From: Candidatus Saccharimonadia bacterium
GTDB taxonomy: Bacteria; Patescibacteriota; Saccharimonadia; Saccharimonadales; 2-12-FULL-41-12
Length of the DNA stretch: 64,000 bases
Direction: 5' to 3'
Assembly (NCBI GenBank): GCA_963717365.1
Contig: OY970327.1
Location: forward strand, 720,348-784,347
In this document: positions 30,643 to 39,290 of the stretch, piece after piece
Position numbering within the stretch: position 1 is the first letter of the stretch
How the letters are laid out: every line of letters begins with the position of its first letter
Notes under the pieces: model-generated
What the model saw: the letters and a program-made list of their open reading frames with translations, nothing else
What the model was told of the DNA's origin: nothing
The model's database searches: none
Position numbers and translations under genes: made by a program

Positions 30643-31337
30643 TATTTTTTAGCCATTCCTTTTGATGTTGTAGTGGCGGCTGCTTTTTTAGCTGGCGTTG
30701 CTGGCTGGGAGTCCTCGCTCGATTCGACTTCTGTCCCTTCATCCATTGTAGATTCGTGGTTAGCTAGCAAATCAGCTTTGTCTATAATTACTTGTTTCTT
30801 AGAAGCAAGCACCGTTAGTAAGAAACGGTCGTTGACCTGCCGGCGATATTCAAATTCTTTAGTGTCCATGACAGCATAGCGGATTGCTTTGCCTTCTTTG
30901 GTTTCGACGTCGGCAATGTACTTAGTCAGCTGAGTATGATTGATGTCGCCGACGACCAGAAAGTCGATACCACTTTTTTCGTCGCGAGTAAATTGTCCAG
31001 TATATAATGCCAGATCGATGTTGCCGAGGGCTTTCAGACCAGCCAAGGATTCGCTGGTTTCTTCGTCGCCAGTCACACCAGCGTCGGCACCAAAAATCTG
31101 CGACAGCGGCGCATAAAATTGGTACGACTTGTTAATTTCGTAATACAAACGGTTGGTGGTATCTTCTGACGAAATGATTCCTGCATTGAGCAAATTAGAG
31201 AGCTCCCTACGTACGGAATTTATTTGTTCATCAATTTTACGTGTAATTTCGCGCACATAAAATGACCGGTTAGGATTGCTATAAAAAAGTTGCAGTAACT
31301 TAACACGAGTTTTAGACCCAAAGAGTTGTTCAATCAT
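30642..31337 (-). CDS. winged-helix DNA-binding protein (putative transcriptional regulator)
   Basis: N-terminal KTRVKLLQLFYSNPNRSFYVREITRKIDEQINSVRRELSNL is a wHTH. Acidic/Ala-Thr-rich C-terminal tail. Confidence 0.55.
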   Translation of the reverse strand: MIEQLFGSKTRVKLLQLFYSNPNRSFYVREITRKIDEQINSVRRELSNLLNAGIISSEDTTNRLYYEINKSYQFYAPLSQIFGADAGVTGDEETSESLAGLKALGNIDLALYTGQFTRDEKSGIDFLVVGDINHTQLTKYIADVETKEGKAIRYAVMDTKEFEYRRQVNDRFLLTVLASKKQVIIDKADLLANHESTMDEGTEVESSEDSQPATPAKKAAATTTSKGMAKK

Positions 31338-31371
31338 TCTTCTATTGTATCAAAGATGTAGCAAACCCGTA

Positions 31372-32286
31372 TCAAACTTGGGTAAATTTAGAGATATATT
31401 CCATCGCTTCGTCTTCCGACTGAACCCAAATGATATCCTGGTTACGCTTAAACCACGTCTTTTGTCGCTTCGCCAGGTCTTTATCGCTCTTAACAAATAA
31501 CTCCTTAGACTCCTCAAGGCTTATCTCACCTTCAAGATGTTTACGAGCAGCTTTATATCCGGGCGTTAGTAAACCGGTAGCTTCTGAGCCATACTGGTTG
31601 ATCACATTTTGTACCTCTTTAATAAAGCCTGCGACAAACATTGTATCCACCCGTCCTTTAATCCGCTCAATCAACTTTTCACGTTCAATATTTATTCCAA
31701 GCATTAGTATGTTGGTGGGTTTTAATTTGCGATTTGGTTTCAATTTTATTTTTAAATTTTTATTGTGCGGCGAAACTTTGCTATTAATATTCACGGCAGC
31801 GGCACGTTCTACGGCGCGGCTTAAGTGCCGATGGTTCTTAAAATCAACGTCCATTTCCGCAACGCCCAGCGCCCGTGCCCGGCCTTGCAAATCAGCCAGG
31901 CTCATTGCTTCAAGTTCAGCTCGCTGGCTGCGGTCGGCTTCGCCGCCAAAATTAAAGTCATACACAAAACCGTCTATATATAAACCGGTGCCGCCTACGA
32001 TTATCGGCAGACTGCCGCGGCCGTGAATTTCATTAACTTTTAATGAAGTGTACTGTTTGAAAGCGGCCGCAGAAAAATACTGGTCCGGTTCAATTAAGTC
32101 CAGCCCGTGGTGCGGCACTACCCGCCTGTCCGCCGCGGACGGCTTCGCCGTCCCGATATCCATGCCTTTATATATAGTCCGTGAATCGGCGCAAATAATC
32201 TCGCCGCCAAACTGCAAAGCGGCGCGGATTGCCAGCGCAGACTTGCCGCTGGCCGTCTGGCCGGCAATAACGATTATCGGCTTCAC
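31372..32286 (-). CDS. miaA: tRNA dimethylallyltransferase
   Basis: P-loop IVIAGQTASGKSALAIRAA, DSRTIYKGMDIGTAKP, and overall MiaA length and motifs. Confidence 0.85.
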   Translation of the reverse strand: MKPIIVIAGQTASGKSALAIRAALQFGGEIICADSRTIYKGMDIGTAKPSAADRRVVPHHGLDLIEPDQYFSAAAFKQYTSLKVNEIHGRGSLPIIVGGTGLYIDGFVYDFNFGGEADRSQRAELEAMSLADLQGRARALGVAEMDVDFKNHRHLSRAVERAAAVNINSKVSPHNKNLKIKLKPNRKLKPTNILMLGINIEREKLIERIKGRVDTMFVAGFIKEVQNVINQYGSEATGLLTPGYKAARKHLEGEISLEESKELFVKSDKDLAKRQKTWFKRNQDIIWVQSEDEAMEYISKFTQV

Positions 32287-32588
32287 CGTGTTTTACGGCG
32301 GCCCTGGCGCTTCTGCCAGGACTTACCTATCTGATTATTGATAAGGATCGAGGCTGACACCGCGGCAGCAAACATACTAAGGGCAAACAGGCCGATAATT
32401 ACGTCGTCAACGTAGGTATAGCTGCCCGGGTCACAGATGAGAGAATCTTCGGGGCACTGCGAATAGACGTCAAATAACTTAAAAAATTGCACCATTAAAA
32501 AGTCGCGGGCAAAGAATAGTACGTTAAATACAATGAGACTGACAATAAAAATGACAAGTGCCGGATTCTTTTTCGCTACGGGGTCCAT
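32283..32588 (-). CDS. small membrane protein
   Basis: 101-aa hydrophobic ORF whose stop overlaps the miaA start. Confidence 0.5.
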   Translation of the reverse strand: MDPVAKKNPALVIFIVSLIVFNVLFFARDFLMVQFFKLFDVYSQCPEDSLICDPGSYTYVDDVIIGLFALSMFAAAVSASILINNQIGKSWQKRQGRRKTR

Positions 32589-32890
32589 AACAAAGATTGT
32601 ACATCAACCGTATACTCATCGGATACTTCAACTCCGTCATTTTCCAGCGCCCTTTTTTGGCCTTCAAACCCATCCGGTACGTAACCCCGCGCCAGCCCGC
32701 CCTGTTTATTGACTACCCGTTGCCACGGTAAGTTAGTTGGCCCAAAGTGCGCCAGCTGCCCGACTTCCCATGCCGCCCAGGCCGCGCCGCACAGCGCTGC
32801 AATCTGGCCATAGGTCATCACCCGCCCTTGGGGGATCTTGGCAACAACTTCGTACACCCGTTGTTTGAATGCCTCATCAACCCTAGACAT
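32576..32890 (-). CDS. alkyltransferase-like protein (ATL; MGMT-fold DNA-binding domain lacking the acceptor Cys)
   Basis: HTH region MTYGQIAALCG and PWQRVV in place of the PCHRV active site, i.e. Trp replaces the alkyl-acceptor Cys as in ATL/YbaZ proteins. Confidence 0.75.
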   Translation of the reverse strand: MSRVDEAFKQRVYEVVAKIPQGRVMTYGQIAALCGAAWAAWEVGQLAHFGPTNLPWQRVVNKQGGLARGYVPDGFEGQKRALENDGVEVSDEYTVDVQSLLWTP

Positions 32891-33467
32891 GGAAGTATGC
32901 CCCTACTTCTTTCCAGTTTGCTACCCGCATTACGTCAGGATGGACGATCTGCTCTGCCGACCACGCATAATTGCCAAATAACAGGGCTTTGATTCCTACT
33001 TCTGCCGCCAAATTGCAATGGTGTGGCAAATCATCTATCAGATAGTCAGCCCCAATTTGCCGACAGATATCGGCCTTGGTGATGGTATTCCCCGGTTCCC
33101 AGATAGGGACAAAATGCGTTTCGTCAAAAATACCTTTATAATGCTTTGCTATCCATTCGTGCGTAGCTTCAATGCTATACTGGTGCCGCGCCGTTATTAT
33201 TACCAATTTATATTTTTTTGACAGCTTTTTTAGTACTACATCGGCATCCGCGATTCGTTCGTAATTACTGATTGTTTCTTTATGAAACTCACCGGCCCGC
33301 TTCAGCATGACATCATAATCCAGCTTCCAGAGCTCAGGCCAGTTGTTGTTGTACTGGTCATCTGTTAGATTGGTTCCGAAGTGCTTATTACTATACGCGA
33401 TAAATGCTGGAATATGCGCAGCGATTACGTCGTCAATATCAACCCCAATCGTCTGCCTGGCACTCAT
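32883..33467 (-). CDS. HAD-superfamily 5'(3')-deoxyribonucleotidase
   Basis: IGVDIDDVIA (DxDxV motif I) and NT5C-like downstream motifs. 194 aa. Confidence 0.7.
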   Translation of the reverse strand: MSARQTIGVDIDDVIAAHIPAFIAYSNKHFGTNLTDDQYNNNWPELWKLDYDVMLKRAGEFHKETISNYERIADADVVLKKLSKKYKLVIITARHQYSIEATHEWIAKHYKGIFDETHFVPIWEPGNTITKADICRQIGADYLIDDLPHHCNLAAEVGIKALLFGNYAWSAEQIVHPDVMRVANWKEVGAYFHV

Positions 33468-35311
33468 AGTGAAGTCTTATTGACCCGCATCTTTGTTTCG
33501 TTGAAGACTGTTTTGAGGAAATCCTCTACAGCTAGCTCGGGATGGATCTCGATTGCTACTAAATCTTTACGGACGCGCGGTATTACCTGGCCGCTAGCAA
33601 TCTCTTTCTCGCCGATAACTAATGTGTAGGGCACCTTCATCAGCTCGGCATTGCGGATCTTCTTGCCTACTGACTCGTTGTCATTATCTACCGTTAAGCG
33701 GAGGTTCAGTTCCTTGGCTAAATCCTGGACCTTACCAGCGAAGGCAACGGTTGCCTCTTCTTGGTTAACGGTAATTACCCTTACCTGCTCCGGCGCCATC
33801 CAGATCGGGAATTTGCCGGCGGTGTGTTCAATGTAGACGCTTAGAAAACGCTCAATTGAGCCTAAAATAGCCTTATGGACCATGGCTGGCCGCTTGGGCG
33901 AACCATCCGAATCAATGTATTCCAGCTCAAAACGCTCCGGCTGGACAAAATCAAGTTGCACTGTGGCGCACTGCCAGCGCCGCCCCAGGGCGTCAGAGAT
34001 GTAAATATCTATCTTAGGACCATAGAAGGCGGCTTCGCCGCGCTCAATCTTATAGTCCAGCTCTTCTACTTTGGCAACCCGCTCCAAAATTTCTTCGGCC
34101 TGGTTCCATAATTCCCTCTCACCGAAGTAGTTATCACTATCGTCCCGGAATGACAGGTCCACGCTTAGCGGCAGCTCCAGCGTCATATACATCTGCTTAA
34201 CCATGCCCATAATAGACTGCATCTCCAATTCAATCTGGTCACTTCTTACAAAAGCGTGTGAATCATCCTGGGTTAACGAGCGTACGCGCGACAGCCCGTG
34301 CAACTCGCCGCTCTTTTCATCCCGATACATCGTGGTTGTTTCCATATAGCGCAGCGGCAAATCCTTATAGCTGCGCGGCCGCGACGCGTAAATCTGGGTG
34401 ACATGCGGGCAATTCATTGGTTTCATCATAAAATCATCGCTCGATTCAATACTGGAGACGTCAAACCGTTCCGGATACTTATCATAGTGGCCAGATTTTT
34501 TATAGAGTTCCACTTTGGTCATATGAGGCGCCCACACCGCTTCATAGCCGCCTGCCCGTTGCAGTTCCTCGGAAAATTTTACCAGTTCGTTCCGCAACAC
34601 CGTACCCCGCGGCGTGAACAGGGGTAATCCCGGACCAACCAGCTCGGATATTGTAAACAAATCCAGTTCTTGGCCAAGCTTGCGGTGGTCGCGTTTTTTG
34701 GCTTCTTCCAGCAAGTCAAGATATTGCCTCAGCTCCTTAGGAGTCGCAAATGCAACCCCGTACAAGCGCTGCATCTGGGCGTTCTTTTCATTTCCCCGCC
34801 AGTATGCGCCAGCAATACGCATCAGCTTAAAGGCGCCAACCTTACCGGTATGCTCAACATGCGGTCCCCGGCACAAGTCTTTAAAACTGCCATTTTGGTA
34901 AAAAGAAACTGACTCTATTTTGCTGTCTCCCTCCGCCTTTAGCCCCAGCTCAGCCGCATCCAGGTCTTTCGCAACAGTGGTACCCTCTCGCTTGAGGTCA
35001 TTCAGTAATTCTTCTTTATACGGCTGGTTGGCGGCTTGTGCCCAGCCAATAGCTTCGTCAATCGCTTGTTCACTTCTCTCAAATGGTTGATTTTCGGCTA
35101 TCACTTTCCGCATTTCTTCTTCAATGCGAGGGAAATCTTCTTCGGAAATTTTTACATCCGGCCCAAGGTCAATATCATAGTAAAAGCCATTTTCTACCAC
35201 CGGTCCCACGCCAAGCTTGGCCCCAGGCCAAAGCATCGTCACCGCGGTCGCCATAATATGCGCTAAGCTGTGGCGCATTGCTGTCTGGTCGTCTTGCTTC
35301 TGGTCTGTCAT
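33464..35311 (-). CDS. thrS: threonyl-tRNA synthetase, short form lacking the N-terminal TGS/N1 domains
   Basis: Class II aaRS catalytic core plus C-terminal anticodon-binding domain. Protein begins MTDQKQDDQTAMRHSLAHIM. ATG at 35311 is preceded by AAGGAAG. The ORF-track start at 35485 adds 58 non-homologous residues and would run through a leader hairpin and a terminator. Confidence 0.88.
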   Translation of the reverse strand: MTDQKQDDQTAMRHSLAHIMATAVTMLWPGAKLGVGPVVENGFYYDIDLGPDVKISEEDFPRIEEEMRKVIAENQPFERSEQAIDEAIGWAQAANQPYKEELLNDLKREGTTVAKDLDAAELGLKAEGDSKIESVSFYQNGSFKDLCRGPHVEHTGKVGAFKLMRIAGAYWRGNEKNAQMQRLYGVAFATPKELRQYLDLLEEAKKRDHRKLGQELDLFTISELVGPGLPLFTPRGTVLRNELVKFSEELQRAGGYEAVWAPHMTKVELYKKSGHYDKYPERFDVSSIESSDDFMMKPMNCPHVTQIYASRPRSYKDLPLRYMETTTMYRDEKSGELHGLSRVRSLTQDDSHAFVRSDQIELEMQSIMGMVKQMYMTLELPLSVDLSFRDDSDNYFGERELWNQAEEILERVAKVEELDYKIERGEAAFYGPKIDIYISDALGRRWQCATVQLDFVQPERFELEYIDSDGSPKRPAMVHKAILGSIERFLSVYIEHTAGKFPIWMAPEQVRVITVNQEEATVAFAGKVQDLAKELNLRLTVDNDNESVGKKIRNAELMKVPYTLVIGEKEIASGQVIPRVRKDLVAIEIHPELAVEDFLKTVFNETKMRVNKTSL

Positions 35312-35367
35312 AGTCACTTCCTTCTTGGTTTCCCTGTTACAGCACTTGCTTTTGCTTGCTGGCAGCA

Positions 35368-35399
35368 TTTCATTAAGATTTAATGAAACCTCGATAGCA
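35368..35399. repeat. partial copy (right half) of the REP-like palindromic repeat inside the thrS leader
   Basis: ttcattaagatttaatgaaacctcgatagca aligns with ttcattaaattttaatgaaacgccgatatagta of the 29931 copy. Confidence 0.55.
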
Positions 35400-35401
35400 A
35401 T

Positions 35402-35436
35402 AAAAAAACACATAAAGACTGGTTGTCGTTTATGTG
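35402..35436 (-). terminator. intrinsic terminator within the thrS 5' leader (attenuator)
   Basis: Minus strand reads cacataaa-cgacaaccagtc-tttatgtg followed by tttttttt, ~90 nt upstream of the thrS start. Confidence 0.65.
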
Positions 35437-35580
35437 CGTCGGTCCCTGTTAAAACGGCTTCTTGGCCGCTAAAGGGAGGTTCCACCTCGGCTTTTACTAT
35501 TGCAGCATTGGTTATCGTACGTCTGCTGCCGCTCCAACGAAGCTCCGTGGCTGGTTAGGCCGCATCACCGCTTATCCATC

Positions 35581-35609
35581 AGTATACGACGGTAGGGGAC
35601 TAAAAACAA
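35581..35609 (-). promoter_or_regulatory. candidate thrS promoter TTGTTT-17-TATACT (minus strand)
   Basis: Minus strand has ttgttt (35609-35604), a 17-nt spacer, and tatact (35586-35581). This would give a ~265-nt leader. Confidence 0.4.
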
Positions 35610-35643
35610 AAAACCTTGTGGCTTCTCGCAAATAGCCACAAGG
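35602..35643 (-). terminator. intrinsic terminator (minus strand) immediately upstream of the thrS promoter
   Basis: ccttgtggc-ttctcgcaaata-gccacaagg stem, followed on the minus strand by ttttttgttttt. Confidence 0.6.
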
Positions 35644-35904
35644 TTTAAGGTCTGCTAAAACACCTAGCAAAATTCCACCAACAAGTACCATGATAGCAAG
35701 GTTAGTATTATATGGCTAGTACTTTTGTATTGTTTTTATTACAATTCCCTAATATATGTAGGGCTCAAGGAGTTAAATGGCTAAATTCAGTAACAATTAA
35801 TAGTTCATTAAATTGTTAAAAAAGCTTATATAAATGCTCAAAATGACCACAATAATCGTTGCAAAGCGGCCATTAATCCTGTATCGTTTAACCTGTTCTA
35901 GAAA

Positions 35905-35981
35905 GGGCGATTAGCTCATTTGGCTAGAGCGCCACATTGACGTTGTGGAGGTGATAGGTTCGAATCCTATATCGCCCACCA
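35905..35981 (+). tRNA. tRNA-Val (anticodon GAC)
   Basis: GGGCGAT-TA-GCTC-ATTTGGCTA-GAGC-G-CCACA-TTGACGT-TGTGG-AGGTG-ATAGG-TTCGAAT-CCTAT-ATCGCCC-A-CCA. Confidence 0.85.
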
Positions 35982-35988
35982 AGTAAAA

Positions 35989-36014
35989 AGACCGGTTTAT
36001 ACCTGGTCTTTTTT
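35989..36014 (+). terminator. intrinsic terminator after tRNA-Val
   Basis: agaccgg-tttata-cctggtct (one bulge) followed by tttttt. Confidence 0.55.
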
Positions 36015-36353
36015 AATATCGACGATTACCTAATATTTAAAAGATCAACTTACCGCTTAAGGTGTTAATAATAAGCATAAGCATTGACTCTTATATTAGC
36101 TTATGGTATTATAGTTTAGTTAAACAGGAGTTTTGGTTTAACTTATGAGTTCCAAAACAGCTTTAGTTTTGGAGGAGTTTAATCTTTATTACGAAGATAT
36201 GCGTCCTCTTAAAACAGTCGACAGTCGCAACCGGTAACCCGATATATCTAGGAGGGAAATTAAGCTTATAAACCACGTCTAAGCGTAGGTTTGTGCACTT
36301 AATTTTTAAGTTATCCACTAGCATTATAACCTGCTTAATGTCAGTATATAGAC

Positions 36354-36758
36354 ATGGTCTGTATATATTGTGACTCAAAAATAAAAACTTCTGTCGTAAA
36401 TTCTCGCTCCGGCAATAAAGGCCGTCTGACATGGCGGCGGCGGCAATGCAAACACTGCACTAGTATCATGACAACCCGTGAACAAGTAGACCTGGAGATC
36501 GCTCTGAGAGTATCCGGTTCAAACGGTCTGAAACCCTTTCTAAGGGATCAGTTGTTTATAGATGTCTATAACAGTGTTTCCCACCGAAAAACAGCTCTGG
36601 CGGACGCAGGAAAGCTTACAGATACAATTATTACCCGCTTATTAGACATTCAAGCTGCCGGCATTCTAAATAGGCAGCAGATTATAAAAACTACTGGGGC
36701 TACTTTGCAGCGATTTGATCCTGCTGCCGGGGTCCATTACCAGGCGCGCCATCATTGA
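36354..36758 (+). CDS. nrdR: transcriptional repressor NrdR
   Basis: N-terminal zinc ribbon C-x2-C...C-x2-C (MVCIYCDS...RRRQCKHC) followed by an ATP-cone. Matches the NrdR N-terminal pattern M-C-P-C-x(12-15)-RRR-C-x2-C. Confidence 0.8.
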   Translation: MVCIYCDSKIKTSVVNSRSGNKGRLTWRRRQCKHCTSIMTTREQVDLEIALRVSGSNGLKPFLRDQLFIDVYNSVSHRKTALADAGKLTDTIITRLLDIQAAGILNRQQIIKTTGATLQRFDPAAGVHYQARHH

Positions 36759-37021
36759 GCAGCGAGTACTAGGCGGCGAGCCAAGCTGGAGTAATACGCG
36801 AAGCCGTCAATAGAAGTAAAACAAATCAGAAGCTGGCTCTTCGTTATCGTGATTTCATTTTATTTTCATTAAAAGCCATAAATGAAGCTGATATTTCTAA
36901 ATTAAATATAGAGTTATAGCAGGCACTTCTAAGGTGTTATTTAATAAAACGTTAATAAGTCTGTGCACCCATTCAACAAATATGCTCAAATAACTGCCGT
37001 AATCATTACAGCAATACAAAA

Positions 37022-38626
37022 TTAATCTGAAATAATGGGGTCGTCTTTGATGACAGCTTTTTCGGTAACATCGAACTTATCAAGGTATTTTCCGCGGAAT
37101 AAGCGGGTCTGCGCCACTAGGGCGGCCATGGAGTTATAAACAATCGTGGTTATTGGCAGCAGCGCCCACTGGAATACCATCAAAACGGTGCGGTGATGCT
37201 TGTAGCGGGCCGGTTTGGGCGGCAGCGACTTGAAACTGAGGAACATGGTAATAATCAGGCCGATCAGGGCAACCTGCTGGATACGGCTGGCGACTTCCGG
37301 CAGCTGATTTGAGCCGATATCATCAGGATTAAAGAACACCGGTACAAATGCCGAGAAAGCCAGCAGCAGCGGACCGGTAGCCCAGCTGACATGGTTCTCT
37401 ATCAGACGGGCCAGGCGCGGAATTGATTTTCTTTTCGGGACGTCATTGGGCTCCAGAAAGGCCTTGGTCCAGACATATGCAATATCGGAGCACCCCCAGG
37501 CCCAACGCCGGATCTGGATAAACTGGGCCTTTAGAGTACGCCGATACCCGCTGGCCAGCACGGCATCCTGATAGATCGGGACATAGATCGGATACACCTC
37601 GTAGCGGCCGTCGTAGCGGAAGAAAGAACGCCAGAACTGGTGGCCGTCTTCTACAATCGTGCGGACGCTCCAAAAGTCGGTGTCAATCAACGCTGCCATG
37701 CTCTGGGCGTGCGATGCAAAGTTGCGGATTGCGTGCGGACGCAGACTTAGCACCAGGTTCCAGAAGGAGTTACCGGTGGCTATCACACGCATCAGGGCTG
37801 GAACGTCCCAGATATTATTGGTAAAGATCGGGATCGGCTGGAATGAGACCGTTTTTGGCTCCGGACACATAGAGAAAGTGTAAGTCAGTGCCCCCAGATA
37901 GTTCTTATGCGGCCGGTTGTCAGAATCAAGCGTGGTTACCAACACATTTATGGGGTCAATTTTGCGTTTTTTCAGCTCTTTTTGAAGTTCCCGGCCGGCA
38001 AATGTTACGTTGCCACCCTTGCCTACTACCTCGTTCTTCATGCCGTCCGGGTGCGCTACGGCACGGGCAAACATAAACTTATCCCCGTATTCACGAATTA
38101 GATCAGTCGCGGTTTTCTTGATGTCCGGACCGCCCCGCTCCTCATAAGCGATGAACAAAATGACTTTTTTCATATCGTAATTAGAGTCCAGAACTGCCTG
38201 GATGGTCGGTTCGATGATGTCGCGGCTCTCGTTGTAGGCCGCCACGATGAGAGCGTGGATTGTTTCACTTGGTGTTACGGCGCCCGGAAGCACTTCAAGC
38301 CGCTCAACATTCGCTTTGTGCCACTTCGGCACACCTTTAACGCTTACAACCCCCCGCTCCACGTCATCCAACAATTCTTTCCAGGGCAAACGTTCGTGCA
38401 ATTTCATCGTCCGGTATCCCTGAACTACCCGCAAATTCAACCCCACGCCCCTGAAAAACCACAAAAGTATGTAGGAAATGATGAAAAAGGCGGTTAGCCG
38501 CGGATCAATTAAGCTCAATATAAATGGCAGTGCCAGCAACGAATAACTAAGCATAGCCGGCAGCCGTTCCAGCCAGCGGTAGGACCGGGTCTTCTCTGAT
38601 TGCAGGGGTATTTCAATATTTTTCAT
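37022..38626 (-). CDS. family-2 glycosyltransferase, membrane-embedded processive type (QxxRW)
   Basis: Multiple TM helices at both ends. GT-A core with D/DxD pattern (AAYNESRD..., LDSD) and QIRRWAWG (QxxRW), characteristic of cellulose/chitin/hyaluronan-synthase-like GT2 enzymes. Confidence 0.75.
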   Translation of the reverse strand: MKNIEIPLQSEKTRSYRWLERLPAMLSYSLLALPFILSLIDPRLTAFFIISYILLWFFRGVGLNLRVVQGYRTMKLHERLPWKELLDDVERGVVSVKGVPKWHKANVERLEVLPGAVTPSETIHALIVAAYNESRDIIEPTIQAVLDSNYDMKKVILFIAYEERGGPDIKKTATDLIREYGDKFMFARAVAHPDGMKNEVVGKGGNVTFAGRELQKELKKRKIDPINVLVTTLDSDNRPHKNYLGALTYTFSMCPEPKTVSFQPIPIFTNNIWDVPALMRVIATGNSFWNLVLSLRPHAIRNFASHAQSMAALIDTDFWSVRTIVEDGHQFWRSFFRYDGRYEVYPIYVPIYQDAVLASGYRRTLKAQFIQIRRWAWGCSDIAYVWTKAFLEPNDVPKRKSIPRLARLIENHVSWATGPLLLAFSAFVPVFFNPDDIGSNQLPEVASRIQQVALIGLIITMFLSFKSLPPKPARYKHHRTVLMVFQWALLPITTIVYNSMAALVAQTRLFRGKYLDKFDVTEKAVIKDDPIISD

Positions 38627-38632
38627 AATTTT

Positions 38633-39004
38633 TTAACGCAGCGACAGCAGCGAATTGCTGACAATTAAGCCCAGCGTCAGCAGGAGTGCAGCCAGCACCA
38701 TCATAATCCAGCTGACATGTCTCCGGATACTGTGAAAACGCAGGCTAATAAAGAATTGTCCCACCAACACGGTAACTGCGAATAGCGTAAAGGCAATGAT
38801 CTGTTCTACCCCGCCCACCTGGTACGCCTCAAAGCGCAAGTTAGAACGATAGGCCTGAATATAACTATTGTCTGTACTACCAAGACGCAGCAAAATACTC
38901 ACCACTGTAATAATAGCCAGAAAAATATTTATGGTGAGCATTAATAATACGAACCGGTCGTGAAAATACTTTTTTAAATGTTGGCGGGAAGTGTCATTGG
39001 TCAT
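38633..39004 (-). CDS. small polytopic membrane protein upstream of the GT2 gene
   Basis: 123-aa hydrophobic ORF ending 7 nt before the GT2 start. Confidence 0.5.
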   Translation of the reverse strand: MTNDTSRQHLKKYFHDRFVLLMLTINIFLAIITVVSILLRLGSTDNSYIQAYRSNLRFEAYQVGGVEQIIAFTLFAVTVLVGQFFISLRFHSIRRHVSWIMMVLAALLLTLGLIVSNSLLSLR

Positions 39005-39044
39005 TAGTGTTACCTGTAATTATAGCCTAGTTTAAGAATATACG

Positions 39045-39120
39045 TGGAGCCACCTGCCAGGATCGAACTGGCGACCTACGCGTTACGAGTGCGTCGCTCT
39101 ACCGACTGAGCTAAGGTGGC
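39045..39120 (-). tRNA. tRNA-Thr (anticodon CGT)
   Basis: Reverse complement GCCACCT-TA-GCTC-AGTCGGTA-GAGC-G-ACGCA-CTCGTAA-CGCGT-AGGTC-GCCAG-TTCGATC-CTGGC-AGGTGGC-T-CCA. One A:C mismatch at 31:39. Confidence 0.8.
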
Positions 39121-39142
39121 ATAATGCTTACGATAGTTATGA

Positions 39143-39168
39143 ACGTACGTTAGCTCAGTTGGTAGAGC
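39143..39168 (+). other. tRNA 5'-half fragment (acceptor strand + D-arm only), tRNA remnant
   Basis: acgtacg-tt-agctcagttggtagagc reproduces the canonical nnnnnnn-TA-GCTCAGTTGGTAGAGC 5' half. No anticodon or T arm follows. A degenerate D-arm-like GCTCAGTTGCGCAGC lies on the other strand ~30 nt away. Confidence 0.5.
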
Positions 39169-39290
39169 TATACTCACTTTACTTTGCAGCAAGCTGCGCA
39201 ACTGAGCAAAGGTGACACAGAAATTATTTTCGAGCTTACCAAATTATAGCAAAACTTTTTAGGACCGCTGTGCATGGATATAGCACGTAA

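Noticed and set aside
35312-35485. 58-codon N-terminal extension of thrS
   Set aside because: No ThrRS homology. It would translate through a leader hairpin and an intrinsic terminator. ATG at 35311 has an SD.
36163-36432. Minus-strand 89-aa ORF overlapping the nrdR start
   Set aside because: No RBS or homology. It overlaps the well-supported nrdR 5' end and promoter region.
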